Positions 47,598 to 60,620 of a stretch of DNA of 64,000 bases are shown piece after piece (position 1 is the stretch's first letter; every line of letters begins with the position of its first letter). Made by a program: the position numbers and the translations under genes. The stretch covers positions 5,022,001 through 5,086,000 of the forward strand of contig CM102283.1 in assembly GCA_046563655.1 (NCBI GenBank), read 5' to 3'. Below the pieces are notes generated by a model. That model saw nothing but the letters and a program-made list of their open reading frames with translations, searched no databases and was not told where the DNA came from. This stretch comes from Yuukianura sp. NJ FZ-2021 (Eukaryota).

Positions 47598-48380
47598 ATG
47601 CCACGTTCAAAGAACGAAGCAAAGCCGCGAGGGCGCATGACATCCTACGCATATTTTGTTCAAACATGTCGAGAGGAGCATAAGAAGAAACATCCGGATG
47701 AAAACGTCGTATTCTCTGAATTTTCGCGCAAGTGTGCTGAGCGCTGGAAGGTAATCATTGAATTTTACTTATCCTGAACGGCTAACGTTAATTAAAGCCT
47801 AATCCAAATCCACTAACATCATGCTTAGGTTCTATAATAATGACTGTTTCTCTTTTGTTGTAGACAATGTCGGAGAAAGAAAAGAAACGCTTCCAGGAGA
47901 TGGCTGACCGCGATAAAAGTCGTTACGAGAGCGAGATGCAACACTACGTGCCACCAGTTGGAGAGAAGCGCGGGAAAAAGCGTGCCAAGGACCCCAATGC
48001 TCCTAAACGCTCTCTCTCCGCCTTCTTCTGGTTTTGCAATGACGAAAGAGCAGCAATTAAGCAGACAAATCCGGAGTTTCGAGTCGGTGACGTTGCTAAA
48101 GAATTGGGAAAATTATGGGCGCAAGTGGAGCCAGAGGTCAAACGGAAGTACGAAGCTATGGCAGAGCGGGACAAAGCTAGATATGAGCGGGTCAGTGTAG
48201 CTCCTATCTTATGGGGATATTCTCGTTATGTCATTTGGCAAACAAACTGATTTTATTATAAAAATTGTTGTTTTACAGGAGATGTCAGCTTACAAGAACC
48301 GCGGCAAGATGCCGATGCAAGCGGACGGAGAAGAGGAAGAAGAAGAGGATGACGACGAAGGAGACGACGACGAGTACTAA
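47598..48380 (+). CDS. High-mobility-group protein with two HMG boxes and an acidic tail (HMGB/DSP1-like), 3 coding exons
   Basis: [52 protein letters not shown] tail. Confidence 0.95.
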
Positions 48381-48961
48381 GGCGGAGAAGAGAGATGAAA
48401 AGGATCTCATCGTTTTAGCATTTAGAAAAGCCTGACTTTGGCTGGGATTGTATAGGCTCTGTCGCCGTAATACGCAGGCGATTCTTTTACACAGGATTAC
48501 ACCGATTGTTTTTAATTAATCCATTTTTGCCGATTCTTCCATAATTTGAGTTGTACTGTTAAGCAGAAAATATAATTGATAAGTTGGCTTTCCAAGTTCC
48601 AACTGTTGTGTGTCGGTCGATGTATCAAATATTTAATGGACTTACTTTTAGGATAACTGCGTCATTTAATAAGAAAGCGGCTTTCATTTTTCCAACAGAG
48701 TCGGGTGATTACATACAACAGGCATATAAGAGTTTATTTAGTCTAAAAAAGTGAAAAATTCAGATGCATAAGTACGAAACGTGCCAACATCAGTACTTGC
48801 TCTTGTCACTCTAGATTCACCATCATCTTTTCTTTCAGTAATGGAGTAATTATTATTATTATTATAAAAACAGAAACACAACAAAGAACAACAGCATATG
48901 GGTTTGAAAACTCTTAACTTTGTATAAATGAATGGAATCCGTCGCTTCTTGATGGGATTTA

Positions 48962-51900
48962 TTAGAAGAATGAGTCGTCGGGCGACGCTGCATGTGGATC
49001 CCATGCTCTGGAATTAGCCAAAGCTCGATTCAAATGTGCACACCAGGCATCTCGTTCCTCTCGTGTGTCGGCGGACAGCAAGTGGCGAATGGCAGTCCGA
49101 TTTCCATGACAACTCACAATCAGAGAGTTCTTGTCACTTTCATCCGCCTCTCGCGTCGTCACTAACAACAAAGTGTTCGATCTTGCGCAGACGTCTCGAT
49201 GGACTGGAGAAACACGCGTTGTGACGACATTGCGTAGAGAGATTTCATCCACGGGAAACTGCAGGAAAAAAAAACATTTTTTTGTTTGTATGATGACAAC
49301 AATTTTTGCGTAGGGCGCATTATAGTGGCACGCCGCGCCGCCGTCTCTCCGAAGCGAATTGTCACAAAACCATATTCTGCGAAAGACGGTTTGCTCCGAA
49401 ATTGAATTAATTTACAGTAGAGTGCATAGAGGGTAGGTTAAAATCATAAGGATAGGTGTGGGTGTAGGTAAAAATCTTAAGATTACACTTGGCTGAGTTA
49501 TTATAAGCCATTATCTTAGCTTAAGCAAAGCTCACGCATGTTCCGAGCAATTTGCTACTCGGAGCAATTGGTTTCCTGTGAATTCATTCGGGCAATTCGC
49601 TTCGGAGCAATGGCATGCAACCGTGGCAATGAGCTACATACTTTTCCATCCTGTTCATCTTCAGGGTACATCCAGAAGGAGATGTGATTTGTGCTAAGTC
49701 TGCTCCAGCGCCGGTGCCACGCCCCAAATCCAGAGATGTCATCAAACAGTGTGAGGAACCCGGTCATTTCCTCTCCGCCTTCTGCGCTACATTGTAACTG
49801 GAATGAAACGGATCCCTCAACGGGAGAATCCAACCGCACCCCATCCAGTGTCCGAATTCTTCCTCTGGTTGCCAACGTAGAAATGTTGACTGTGAGACGG
49901 CCACAGATTACAAAGTTGGGACTTCGCACTGCGTCAGGACCAGCAGGACTCATCGGAACAGCACGGCTCAATTTGGACTCCGCTTTCAATTTCCTTGGTG
50001 TCGTCACCTTTGATTCCTTCTGACACATAACATCATGTTGAATAAGATTTAGATATGATTTAGAAAAAGATATGAGAACTCACCTTCTTAATGTGGTATT
50101 TAGTTTCGTGTGGAAGGAATTCCCTCTGCGTTTGAAGTACGAACACTTCTAGCTCAGCCTTAAAATCCGGCTCAAGTTTTTCCAGTCGAAAGGTGTTAGG
50201 GAAGTGCAGGCAGTTGTTGGAGTCGAGCACTTTAGCGTTGTTTTTACCACTGCCAATTGACACGAGTGAGCTCATCTCCACTCGATGTTTCTCCTTCAAC
50301 AGGACCAGAAAGTGATAAACGTTGTCTCCGTTCGTAACTTTGTTTCGGATGAACGCCTCTTTCAATTCAACGGCAATTCCACTGATGGTTAGGTTCCCGC
50401 GACATGAAGGACCCAGGTCATTCCTGCTTGCAGAAAAACATGGTTTCTGGGATAGAACTCCTTCAGTTCGCAGGCGCGTCATTTCATTCAAAATCGCATT
50501 TCTCTTCTGACCTAAAAAAAAATAAAAACGGTTTTTTTTTGCCATTAAAAATATATTGTTATCCGTTTTAGTAGGTACTCATGGAACTAACTTGTCATAT
50601 GCCCTCGCAGTAGACTTAACGCATTTGATATTCGTACTGAAAGTTTAAGCAAAAGCAACTTACATGCAAACAGTAAAACTTTTTCACATTCGACGTTTTC
50701 TGTTGAGTCTGAGAACTCAATCGTAGATTTGCACAGGTTCAGCGCTTTACTCACTTGAGCAATGGACTTTACTTGAGCTTCCAACTATTCAAAACCAAAC
50801 AAATCAACAAATGAACGCGGATATAGTACTTTGAAATATTCCTCGAAAGCAACAAATACTAAATGAAAATAATAGGCTTACCTCATCGTCCAGTTTTTTG
50901 ATTTGTTCATTAATGGACTCGGTACGAAGTATATCCGACTCTAAACCAGGCGTTTCTAGCAATTCCGGCTCATCCGTACCAATAATCCCCGCAGAAACAG
51001 TTGCCCCAGCGGTCTTTTTTGGCGTGACACACATTTGTTGCTCCTGTTTCCTAAAGAAACTGACAGAATGAAGAAGCGGAGTTGCGGATGCGGTATAGCC
51101 ATCTCTCTCTCGCGGATACAGTGGTGACGACGATTCCAAGGGACTCGCATCCTGAAATTCAAAAACAATCATTTATTTATTCCAACAGTGAAAACACGAA
51201 AACAGAATTGATTTCGATTTAGATTACCTCCATAATTGTGTCCATGGAAAAGCTCTGCCCATCTAGGGCTGAGTCAATCATGGCGTCGATTTGATGACAC
51301 ACAAGTGATGCACTGAACTGCATTTTAAAAGAGTTCGAATCAAAGCAATATAATTAGGAATTACAGTTCCTCAGATCGCACACACAAAATAGGCGCAAAA
51401 CTAATTCAATAATTTAATCCCTTTATATTATCGGTAATTTATTTTTAGTTGTTTAAGTCACCTCTTCCGTAGGTCTGTAGTGTGGACGACGGGGCGTCTT
51501 TCCAATGTTATCAAATCGCTCCAAATGAATGGGACTACTAGGATCTGCATCCGAAACTACGTTCGCTTTGGCCATTCTTTGGATTTGCGACCCGAGACTT
51601 GATCCCGGGCTAACCTCTTCTTCCTCGCAAAAGGTTGCGTTCGATGTATCCGCGTCTTGGCTGTCGATATCACCTTCTGCCTCGGTTTCTGCTTCCGTTT
51701 CCTCCTCAGTGGTAGCTTCAATGTCAGTGAGAGAGGGATAAATGTTTCCGGGTTTGGGTTCATTCACTTTGATCCGTTTAACGTCGCAAGCTCCAGCATA
51801 CTTTTTGTCTGGGGAAGGGGAACGACGAAAAGAGGGTGACGCAGCTCGCTTCGGTGTCGTACTTTGTATAGGGATACACTTCTGTGGAGAACTGGAGCGT

Positions 51901-53707
51901 GAGCGAGACTTGCTCGAACGACGTCGGCGTCTGGATTGGGACCCTCGAGATAGATTAGTCTCCACAATGGTTGTTTCGAGCGAGTTGAGTGCGCTGAAAC
52001 TGATAGACTCGTCGGATTCCGTTTGCTGTGAACATGAAGAAGTGGAGCAAGGAGTGGCATTGTCGTCTTCGTCTTGGTCGCCCCGTCCGAAGGTATTAGT
52101 GATCCCTTGAGCATGGATTGCAGTCTGCATCTCTGTGTTAGAAGTGCAGGTTCTTTCATCCTTTTCGTCCATTGCTTCCTCATCTTCGTCCAACCTTCCC
52201 GGTGTACTCAAACCTGCTGCTTCAAAAAGACGTCGAGAGCTCTGAACCTTTCCGTGCGGAATGGTCATCGAAGAACCTAGTAGTTATATAAAATAATTAA
52301 ACTCACACTCCGGCTTTTTCTTTCTGTAAAAAACAAAAACAAAACTAAATCGTAAGATGAATAAACTCACGCCTTGGTTTTGCAGTTATACAGGCTACTG
52401 CTCCAGGAATAATGGCTGCGGGAGGCACGACTTTGGTCTTCGATGCTTCAAAAACAGTTTCGAATGGCTTCGGAATCGGAATGTTACCTTGCGATTTTTG
52501 TTCAAATAATTTGGCTCTCTCTGCAACAGATAAAGACGACGACCCAGCAAGTGTCGTATTCAATTCCACCCTCGACCCCTTCACTTCCCACTTCTTCGGC
52601 AGACCGGACGTTGGTACGCTAAAATTTGGTACATTCTGATTGATGATGGGATGAGAAGTAGCCATGGACATAGTTACAGTAGGCTTAGGTTTCGGTTGAC
52701 TTGGTGCTATAATATTCTGCACGGAAGGTTCGGAAAGTACGCACACTTGATTAGGAGTTTCTCGAATTTCTGATGCCTTTGTATTCTGGCACTGTGTTCC
52801 TGATGTTTTCTGCGGCGAAAACGATTTGAAGGGATCCACGAGTTGAAATCTTACTTCCTTTGGTGAAGATGTTGCGTTACTGCTCTGCTTCGTGGGCGAA
52901 GCAAGATTGGTGGTTGTTTGTGAAATATGAAACTGAGTCGAAGATCGATGGAAACGAGGTGAGCTTTTTGGTGGAGAAACATTGAAGCGCGATGCAGGTG
53001 GAACATAGTGGGTCATGTCGTCTTCCCACTCGTTGATTCGTTTCGTAAGGGATTTGAGTCGAGAACGACGCTCTCCTTTACCTGACTCCACGGAAACATA
53101 CTCATCCATTTCGATTCCCTCTGGTATAGTGTTACTGTTGTTATCGTCCACGAAACTAGAAATTTAAATTAGCGGTTAGTTTTGACTTCATGAACAGTTT
53201 CCGTTAAAAATGAATCAGGGTACTGGGTACAATTATTATTATATTAAAAAATTTATGAACTATGATTTAGGTGAGAGATTGAAGAAATAACAGTCATAGA
53301 GAATAAAAAAGAAGAAGGGCTGCAAAGCGGTTGAATCCGAAAGAAGTTACATCATTACACAATCACAGTGACAGTGACACTAAATATAACTCAAATCACC
53401 TACTCTGTATTTGAAGCTTGAATTTCTTTCAGAGGAACGATAAGTTTGGGCAATGTAATTGGTAACTCTTTAGCTTCACTCTCGTCAGATTCCATTTCCA
53501 ACGTGTCCATTTCAGGTCCTGCGATAGCTCCCTTTCGTACCTTCGCTCTTTCTAAAAGCATCTGTGAACACGGACTATTAGTACATAAAAAGTAACATTA
53601 ACTTGAATTAAATACAGTAAATAAGTAGCTCTGACAGCTACTATTTACTTATGTGATCTTACTTGAGCAAAGTCAGCAATTCGTTCCGGACTTTCGGGAC
53701 CCGGCAT
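48962..53707 (-). CDS. ANLN: Anillin (actin-binding cytokinesis scaffold), multi-exon
   Basis: RLKSLTKRINEWEDD, SVAERAKLFEQ, IAQVSKALNLC...STENVECEKVLL, anillin-homology domain (LTISGIAVEL...LEVFVLQT), PH domain GFLTLFDDISGFGAWHRRW...RHLLSADTREERDAWC. Confidence 0.92.
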
Positions 53708-56695
53708 TATGTTATGGCTTGCTTGGCGTGTTAGTTAGCTGCTGTGTGAATGAGGCGAAGGTGACCCCCGCTAGGCTGTCAGCGACACTGTCGTTTCGTC
53801 GGCCTTGTCTGGTTGTTTTTGTCGATTCGTGACACGTAATTGTACAAAGGATTCGAACGCACGCTTATAAGTCAACTAATTTTGAATAATGATTGATTAG
53901 TAAACCGTCGGTTAAATTCATGGACAGCCGAGATAAGGTGCAGACAAACTGAAGAAAGTCAACGGCTAAAGAAATTACTAATAACGGTGAGCGGGGGAGA
54001 GTCGGCGGGAGTAAAGGGATTTTGAGGTTGTCCCAGAAACCAACCGACAAAAAAGGGAGACAAAAAAAAGACAATTTAAGACGAAAGAGCAGTCAGGCAA
54101 AGTCGCTCCTGGCTGCGACCCAGTCTCCAGCTGAAAAGTCGCAAGACTCTGAGACTGGGTCTCCTCCTCTATCGACTCCTGTCACTGGGTCGCAGTCCCA
54201 AGAGACCCAGCCTCTGCTCCTAGCGACTTAATTTAGTTTTTCGGTGTTAGGACGGACTTCCCACCGAGAAAGGTACTGTTTTCTTTCTTTTAATCGATAG
54301 AAAACGTAATTTCGCAACTTTGCATCGTTGGCTTTTCCGTCCTTGACCCCGTGGCCCAAGATATTCAAGTTTTCTTTTTCAAACACTAATTTCAGAGTGT
54401 TAGGAAAAAGCTTTTTTGGCGAATTTGACATCAGTCGATGCCAAATTTTGTCTACTTTTTAAAACAGTAATTAGTTTTAGATTAATTTAAGCATTAAGAA
54501 GGAATCACACATGGCAACGGGGTGTCTCGTTTCGCCTCAAATTAATTAACTTTAAGGTCTAATTAGAATTCACAGGTATAACGCAGAAATGTGTACAAGG
54601 GCTCTAAAAATTCGTCTTTATCTGTAGAATACAGAGCAGTAATCGGAATTTGAATTTTTGTTGGAAAATGGTACTAAAAATTGAATACAAAGTTCAATAT
54701 TTCCTAAACGTCGAATGATACCAAAATTCGGGAATTTGGTCAAGGCGACTTAAGCGCCATGGTCTTCCGGATTTTTAGACACCTCAAACGCATTTCTAGG
54801 TCTTATAATGAACATCTAATTAGCCAAAGTAGATGAAATTCTGCAGTAATTTACAAATTTGCAAATGTCGGCACTGAAATTAGCCGTCTCTATGGGAACA
54901 CGTTGATTGTTTTGTTCCAGCTTAGTTGATATGTTGTACTGTGGAAAACTTTGACTAGTCAACCATTCGAAACAGTGCCGACTTTTGCAAGTTTGAGCAG
55001 TGATTTTGCTTTGTTACTAACGGCAATGGCTGACACCAAATCGTAAACAAACGCTGCCTCTTACCCGTCCTTAATCCGAAATATTTAAGGAAAATTCTAG
55101 TCCAATCGACATAGTCGCAGTGACGGGAGGCCGGGTCTCCACAGGCTGCGACTCACCCGCAAAATTTTTATGAAAAGTGGCAACGCTGTATCCATTCGGA
55201 ATGCATTGAAAATCAATGAAATTGCACATGGGGTACAATTTCAATATTTGGTTGTCAAATTTTGATTTCAGTTATGGCAGTTTTTCAACATTTCTTTTAA
55301 CTAAAAATTACTAATTAATTTAATTAGTATTGTATATAATTAAAATCTTAACGCCTTTGTTGCCCATTGAATACATTTTAGAAACCATTTTTGAAAATTA
55401 CGGGAATTTTTCCCTATGAACTTCTGATAACAAAAACAAAAGTAAATTTAAAAAAAAAATTGATTTAAAAAAAATTCTTTTCCCTCAAAATTTCGAAAAA
55501 AAAAAAAAAAAAAAAACTTTCTCCGATATCAATGTAAATCGGTTTGTTAACTAGCTTAAAAATGCTGAACATGAGTCTGGAAGAATTTCCCAAAAAAAGG
55601 TGTAAAACTAAACAGTTAAAACTTATTAAAATAAACTCTTTTTTTAGCCTACATCACAATTTGTAAAATGGTTCCCGTCTTTTTTTCGTGGTGTATATAG
55701 GGATGCATTGAAAATAACCTCCCAAGCCTCGTATAGTTTTGCATTAAATGCTCACTTTTTTGTGTTAGAACAGGTTTCTTTCCGTATATGATACACTTGT
55801 AAGTTTGCAATCCAATTCAAAAACTTGCAGTTGAAACATTAAACAAAAATAGCCACAGTGCTACGCTAGAATAAGCCCATAGAAAATACATGGGAATTAT
55901 AGGCAACACTGCAATGACCAATTTCTGAGACCGGGTCGCCGCTGGCTGCGACCCGGGTGTGGTTCCAGTAGTTGCCACAAGATGGGTCTGAATGGGTCGC
56001 TTGGAGAAGAGACAGGACCGCCTCCTGTAGCGACCCTGGGTCGCTACAGGAGGCGACCAGGACTCTTCCACGGGAGACTTTTCCTGACTGAAGAGGGTTG
56101 ACGTAACCCAACCGTCCTCATTGTGCTCTCGACTATGATTATGATTGCTCAACTCTCCATTAGTTGCCAAGGGGATTTTTCGTTTCTCTGTTTAACTAGA
56201 GTGGACATTAGTAGTGGTGATGTTGTCGGTTGAGCCATTTTAAATGTTATGTTAGTTAGTTAATTATGTTATCGTTAGTTGTTTTAGATAGTTAAGTGAT
56301 TAATATAATAATATATAAATAAAAAAAATGCCCCTGTATGTGTGCTATGTGTGTGTGGGTGTCCATGTCTTCCCGCGTGTTAGAAATAGCGGGTAACAAA
56401 ACAAACAAGGTAGGGCGATGCTCAAGGGTTGAGGATTGGTCTTCTGGAGGGAGTTGGCAATTGATGTGGCTTTTAGACCGGCTATCCGCGAACGCGTTCA
56501 AGAAAAACGTTAAGAAACCGTTTTCACGAGATTTATGCAACGAAACTTCGCTCATAATCTTCAGTGCAGATTTGGGGCGTGTTTGTACACAATTGCACTA
56601 AAATGTGAAAGAACCGTTTGCATAAAAATGTTGTTCAAAAGCTCAGTTTTCACTCTGTTCAAATCCTTTGAAGCACAACATTTTAACGTCAAATT

Positions 56696-59600
56696 TTAAA
56701 TTTTATTCAACATTTAACGAAAAACATGCACCTGCCAATGGCAGGTTGAAGACAAATTTAAGCAATTAAAAATATAGCTAAAGATAAAATAATTGATCCA
56801 AATCTTTTCCTGGTGGAAGGGTTCCCAGGATCGAGGCGGAGTTCCCTCTCTGAATTGCAATGCTAATATTTTGAAGCAGAAAAGTAGTGGCTCTGTGTTC
56901 TCCAGTGGCTTCTGCGATTCGTTGACCAATTGACTTGATGAGTTGTAGACCCTCAGCTCCAAAAACACCCGTAGTTTCTACTGCAACGATGGAGACGATG
57001 AATTGATGATGAAAGTCGTCGTAGAGTCTGTGTTTCTGAGTTTCAGCCAAGGAGGCAGGGTAACCACTGGTACAAGAAGAGTTGGTAATGTAGGAGTTCG
57101 CAAACGTGTCTCGACATGTTACATCCCAAACCAAACATCGTCCAGTTTTCCATGGGATCAAAGTGATTCCGTCTGGTCGTTTCCCATCGGAGCGAGAACA
57201 TCCTGGTGGTTCCTTCAAGCAGGGAATACCGGCTGAATGGAGAGCTCGAACAATAAGGTCATTGATTGAATCATGTCTCGAGTGTCTCCCTGCGCTTTTG
57301 ATACAACTCAGTCCGTGAAGACCGTTACCATCGACAGGGGCGCCACAGCGACATCGGTGAGGTAAACAAATTTCGCAACCAAGCCGTAGAGAGCAGGAAA
57401 TCCTAAAACAATCGTTAGACAGAAGTGTACCAAGTTGAGAAGACGGCAACACCTTCAGCCAATCACCGGAGTGAGGGGCAACAGCAGCAATTAGTCGTGC
57501 TTTGTCAGTCAAAGTAGTGGAATTCTCGAGTAATGTCTTGTAAGTTTCGGTTGACACCAATTTCTCCCAATCTTTTTGTATCTTGCAATTAACTGGAAAT
57601 TGGAAGCCGTTATTGGACCATTGCAAAGTTGCTGAATCAGTAGATGCATCGAATGGAGAGAGGTGAAGTGGCAGGAAGGTGTTGATCAGGTCAGCACAAC
57701 TGTAGATTGAAGCCAAAAACGAGAAAGTAGCACAATCTGTAGCATGCCGGATTCCAAGGCCACCTTCGTCCACAGGTAGGGAAGTTTGAGTCCATGCAGA
57801 GTCTGTTAAGTTGATGTTCAGAATTTTTTCGATGACTTCCCGAAGAGCTGCATCATAAGCTTTCAACAGATCTCCTTCCAGAAAAGATGGTGCGCACCGC
57901 AGGAAATATGACAGTCTTGGAGTCGATATTGAGGCTCTTAGTAAGAAGAATGCCACGTGAGAGGGTAGGGCTAAGAGCTTAGGCGAAAGTTTTTCAAAAT
58001 CATCTGTCTTGACTTTCAAAATACGTCGACCAGACGCCTTGTATAGTGGGGCCCCAAGAAGTTCAGCATCTGATTCATCACATATGTGGATTTCTGGAGC
58101 GAAGGATAGAAAAGAGTCCGCAATGACTTGAGATTCCGTTGGATCAGCGCCTATGATGATGATCTCGCACTTTTCCATGTTGATCTGAAGTCCAAAAGAA
58201 GCTGCATTGTTGACGAGCTGCTTGAGATGATTGAGGATTACTTCAGGAGTATCTGCAATGGTTCCATCATCAACATACCAAACATTGAGTGCTGAGTTGA
58301 TTGAAGTGGCAAGAGGGTGAATTGTGAGAGCAAAGAGGGCTGGACCAAGTGCATCACCCTGTTGGACACCGAGACTTGACTTGATTATGGATGACCCGTA
58401 GAATAAATTGGACTCTGCAGAATAGGCTTGATAGATGTAGTTGTAGAACTCTGGAAGGTGCAGCTTTACAGAATGTAGCATTACATCTCTTAGGATAAGA
58501 TTGAAAGCGTTCTTGAAGTCGATTTTCAGCATGACCTTGCTGGCTGAGTGTGAGGAATTGACATAAATCCTTGCGGCGTGGGCTGTAGCTTCTGCTCCGT
58601 TTTTGACTCCAACACCATTTTGTACTGGGCTCAAGTATGGAACAATGTTTTTCATGGATTTTGACAGTACAAGCTTTGATGTCAGACGACGCCAAGTTAA
58701 CCCAATTGCGATCGGACGAATCCCTCCCTTCTTTTTCTGAAGAGCAATCAATGAGGCCCCGTAGAAAATTGGACGGACGAGGTCGGGAATGACGTTGTTA
58801 ATGATAAGATTTGAGAGCTTTGTAATTGAAGAAAGCAGTTTCTGACCAGCATCTCCAGTAACCTTTGAAGTGAGTTCTTTCAAAATTTGGGGACGTAGGC
58901 AGTCGAGACCACCCGCTGAACCATTAGGAAAGGAAGAGATTGATTTCAGTACTTCATGTTCGTCGAAAAAAACTTCAGTTGGTTGGGGAGGATCTGGAAG
59001 ACTGATTGGAGTTGGATGAGGAGGATGAAGTTTGTGAAGGGCGTCTAATGTCGATGAATCTTGATAGGCTATTGAATCGTCTGAGCATAATACGCGAACT
59101 GCGCCGTGAATATCTCCGTCAGCAAGTTTGGCTTGAATAATGGATGACTGATTGGAGGATTGCGGATCACGTGGTCTGCTTGAGGTAACGAAATCTAGTG
59201 TTGGGAAGTCGAGGACTGGAAGAGATGAAGCACGGCAAATGTTAGATTTCACCCAGGAAGTGAGATTTGTGACGTGGTCAGTCTTTTTTGGTAATGCAAA
59301 AGCTGAGAATGGGAAAAGAAGAAGGTTGGACCAGGATTCGACCGAGTTGGTTGAAGTGACTTGATCAATGAAATTTGAGAGACACGAAGCAGCAGTTACC
59401 CTTGCGCCTTTAGGAATGTGTTTCAGGGTGTGCGTAGATTGCTTGAGCTTGGAGAGAGTACTTCCTAGGTCAAAATGTGGAGAGTTAGTAGACGTAGAAC
59501 CAGAATCCTTCCAAGCGATGCCAGAGTAGGATTGATCGGCATGACGGCGACCTCCAGCTCGAGTAGTCGACAAAAAAGGAAAAGCCTTTCGTAGTTTGGC

Positions 59601-60620
59601 ACCGATGGTGGCGTCCACAACTGGACGAATCTTCAAGGAGTCACAGAATTGGTGGTATTTGGATTTGATGTCAAATTTTCTGATTGAACCATCAGGAGTT
59701 GAAACAATGTTGTCAGCAATCCATTTATCTGTTATCTTCGAAATCTGGAATCTTCCAGGAGGAGAGGGAGGATTGGAGACGTGTAAATCGAATACTGGAA
59801 CTGAGACGGAATAGGAGACGATGTCTTCGTTAGGTTCAGGAACTGGCGACAAACTGGAAGCAACTTCATTGGAGACAGAAACTGAGGATAAACTGGAACC
59901 ATCTTCATTGTAGACTTCAACTGATGACAAACAGGAACGGGAGTAATTGGATAATGGAATTGATGACACGATAGAGATGTTTTCATTTGGTTCAGGAACG
60001 GGCGACAAACTGGAAGCATCTTCATTGGAGACAGAAACTGAGGACAAACTGGAACCATCTTCATTGTAGACTTCAACTGATGAAAAACAGGAACGGGAGT
60101 AATTGGATACTGGAATTGATGACACGATAGAGATGTCTTCATTTGGTTCAGGAACTGGCGACGAACTGGAAACATTGTCTTTGGAAACAAGAACTGGCGA
60201 CAAACTTGAAACGGCTTCGTTGGAAACAGCAGTTGACGACAAATTGGGAGTAGTTGTGATGTTGTTTGGAGCTGATGACGAAGGAGAAACTGCGATGGAG
60301 ATTGATTTCATTTTACTTCTGTTTTTTAATTTCCGTTGAGGCATATTAGTTGTTATGGAGATGAGTTTAAGGGTCCACGGAGATGTTGAAAACTTTGAGA
60401 GTTGTTGGTGAAGAGAATGGCACTAGTCGTCCAAGTGACGAAACTGGTCCAGAAAGGCTGAGGTGGTGACGATTCTTCTGAAACTTGTCACAAATGGATA
60501 AGCAGGCAAAGTTGTTCCGGATGATATGAGCAAAAGTTGTATAAATGATGAATAAATGTTGCAACAAACTGGAAAAGTGAAGAGCAAAAATTTCGTGTTT
60601 TTGTTTGTTGATGTTTTTCA
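56696..60620 (-). mobile_element. Intact CRE-like non-LTR retrotransposon with a restriction-like endonuclease
   Basis: 11-bp TSD AACGTCAAATT at 56685-56695 and 60621-60631; single long ORF; AATAAA near the 3' end. Confidence 0.92.
56778..60344 (-). CDS. Retrotransposon polyprotein (1188 aa): Ser-rich repeats, RFX-like winged helix, RT, CCHC, RLE
   Basis: RT motifs GIRPIAIG, IDFKNAFN, GVQQGDALGPALF, WYVDDG; zinc motif CRCG...HGLSC; RHD; PD-(D/E)xK-type RPDG...WDVT...AETQK. Confidence 0.92.
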   Translation of the reverse strand: MPQRKLKNRSKMKSISIAVSPSSSAPNNITTTPNLSSTAVSNEAVSSLSPVLVSKDNVSSSSPVPEPNEDISIVSSIPVSNYSRSCFSSVEVYNEDGSSLSSVSVSNEDASSLSPVPEPNENISIVSSIPLSNYSRSCLSSVEVYNEDGSSLSSVSVSNEVASSLSPVPEPNEDIVSYSVSVPVFDLHVSNPPSPPGRFQISKITDKWIADNIVSTPDGSIRKFDIKSKYHQFCDSLKIRPVVDATIGAKLRKAFPFLSTTRAGGRRHADQSYSGIAWKDSGSTSTNSPHFDLGSTLSKLKQSTHTLKHIPKGARVTAASCLSNFIDQVTSTNSVESWSNLLLFPFSAFALPKKTDHVTNLTSWVKSNICRASSLPVLDFPTLDFVTSSRPRDPQSSNQSSIIQAKLADGDIHGAVRVLCSDDSIAYQDSSTLDALHKLHPPHPTPISLPDPPQPTEVFFDEHEVLKSISSFPNGSAGGLDCLRPQILKELTSKVTGDAGQKLLSSITKLSNLIINNVIPDLVRPIFYGASLIALQKKKGGIRPIAIGLTWRRLTSKLVLSKSMKNIVPYLSPVQNGVGVKNGAEATAHAARIYVNSSHSASKVMLKIDFKNAFNLILRDVMLHSVKLHLPEFYNYIYQAYSAESNLFYGSSIIKSSLGVQQGDALGPALFALTIHPLATSINSALNVWYVDDGTIADTPEVILNHLKQLVNNAASFGLQINMEKCEIIIIGADPTESQVIADSFLSFAPEIHICDESDAELLGAPLYKASGRRILKVKTDDFEKLSPKLLALPSHVAFFLLRASISTPRLSYFLRCAPSFLEGDLLKAYDAALREVIEKILNINLTDSAWTQTSLPVDEGGLGIRHATDCATFSFLASIYSCADLINTFLPLHLSPFDASTDSATLQWSNNGFQFPVNCKIQKDWEKLVSTETYKTLLENSTTLTDKARLIAAVAPHSGDWLKVLPSSQLGTLLSNDCFRISCSLRLGCEICLPHRCRCGAPVDGNGLHGLSCIKSAGRHSRHDSINDLIVRALHSAGIPCLKEPPGCSRSDGKRPDGITLIPWKTGRCLVWDVTCRDTFANSYITNSSCTSGYPASLAETQKHRLYDDFHHQFIVSIVAVETTGVFGAEGLQLIKSIGQRIAEATGEHRATTFLLQNISIAIQRGNSASILGTLPPGKDLDQLFYL

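Noticed and set aside
54100-56170. Recurrent GCTGCGACCC/GGGTCGC motifs and ORF 55817..56170 as a gene or defined transposon
   Set aside because: Probably subterminal repeats of a decayed DNA element, but no termini, TSD or protein motif could be established
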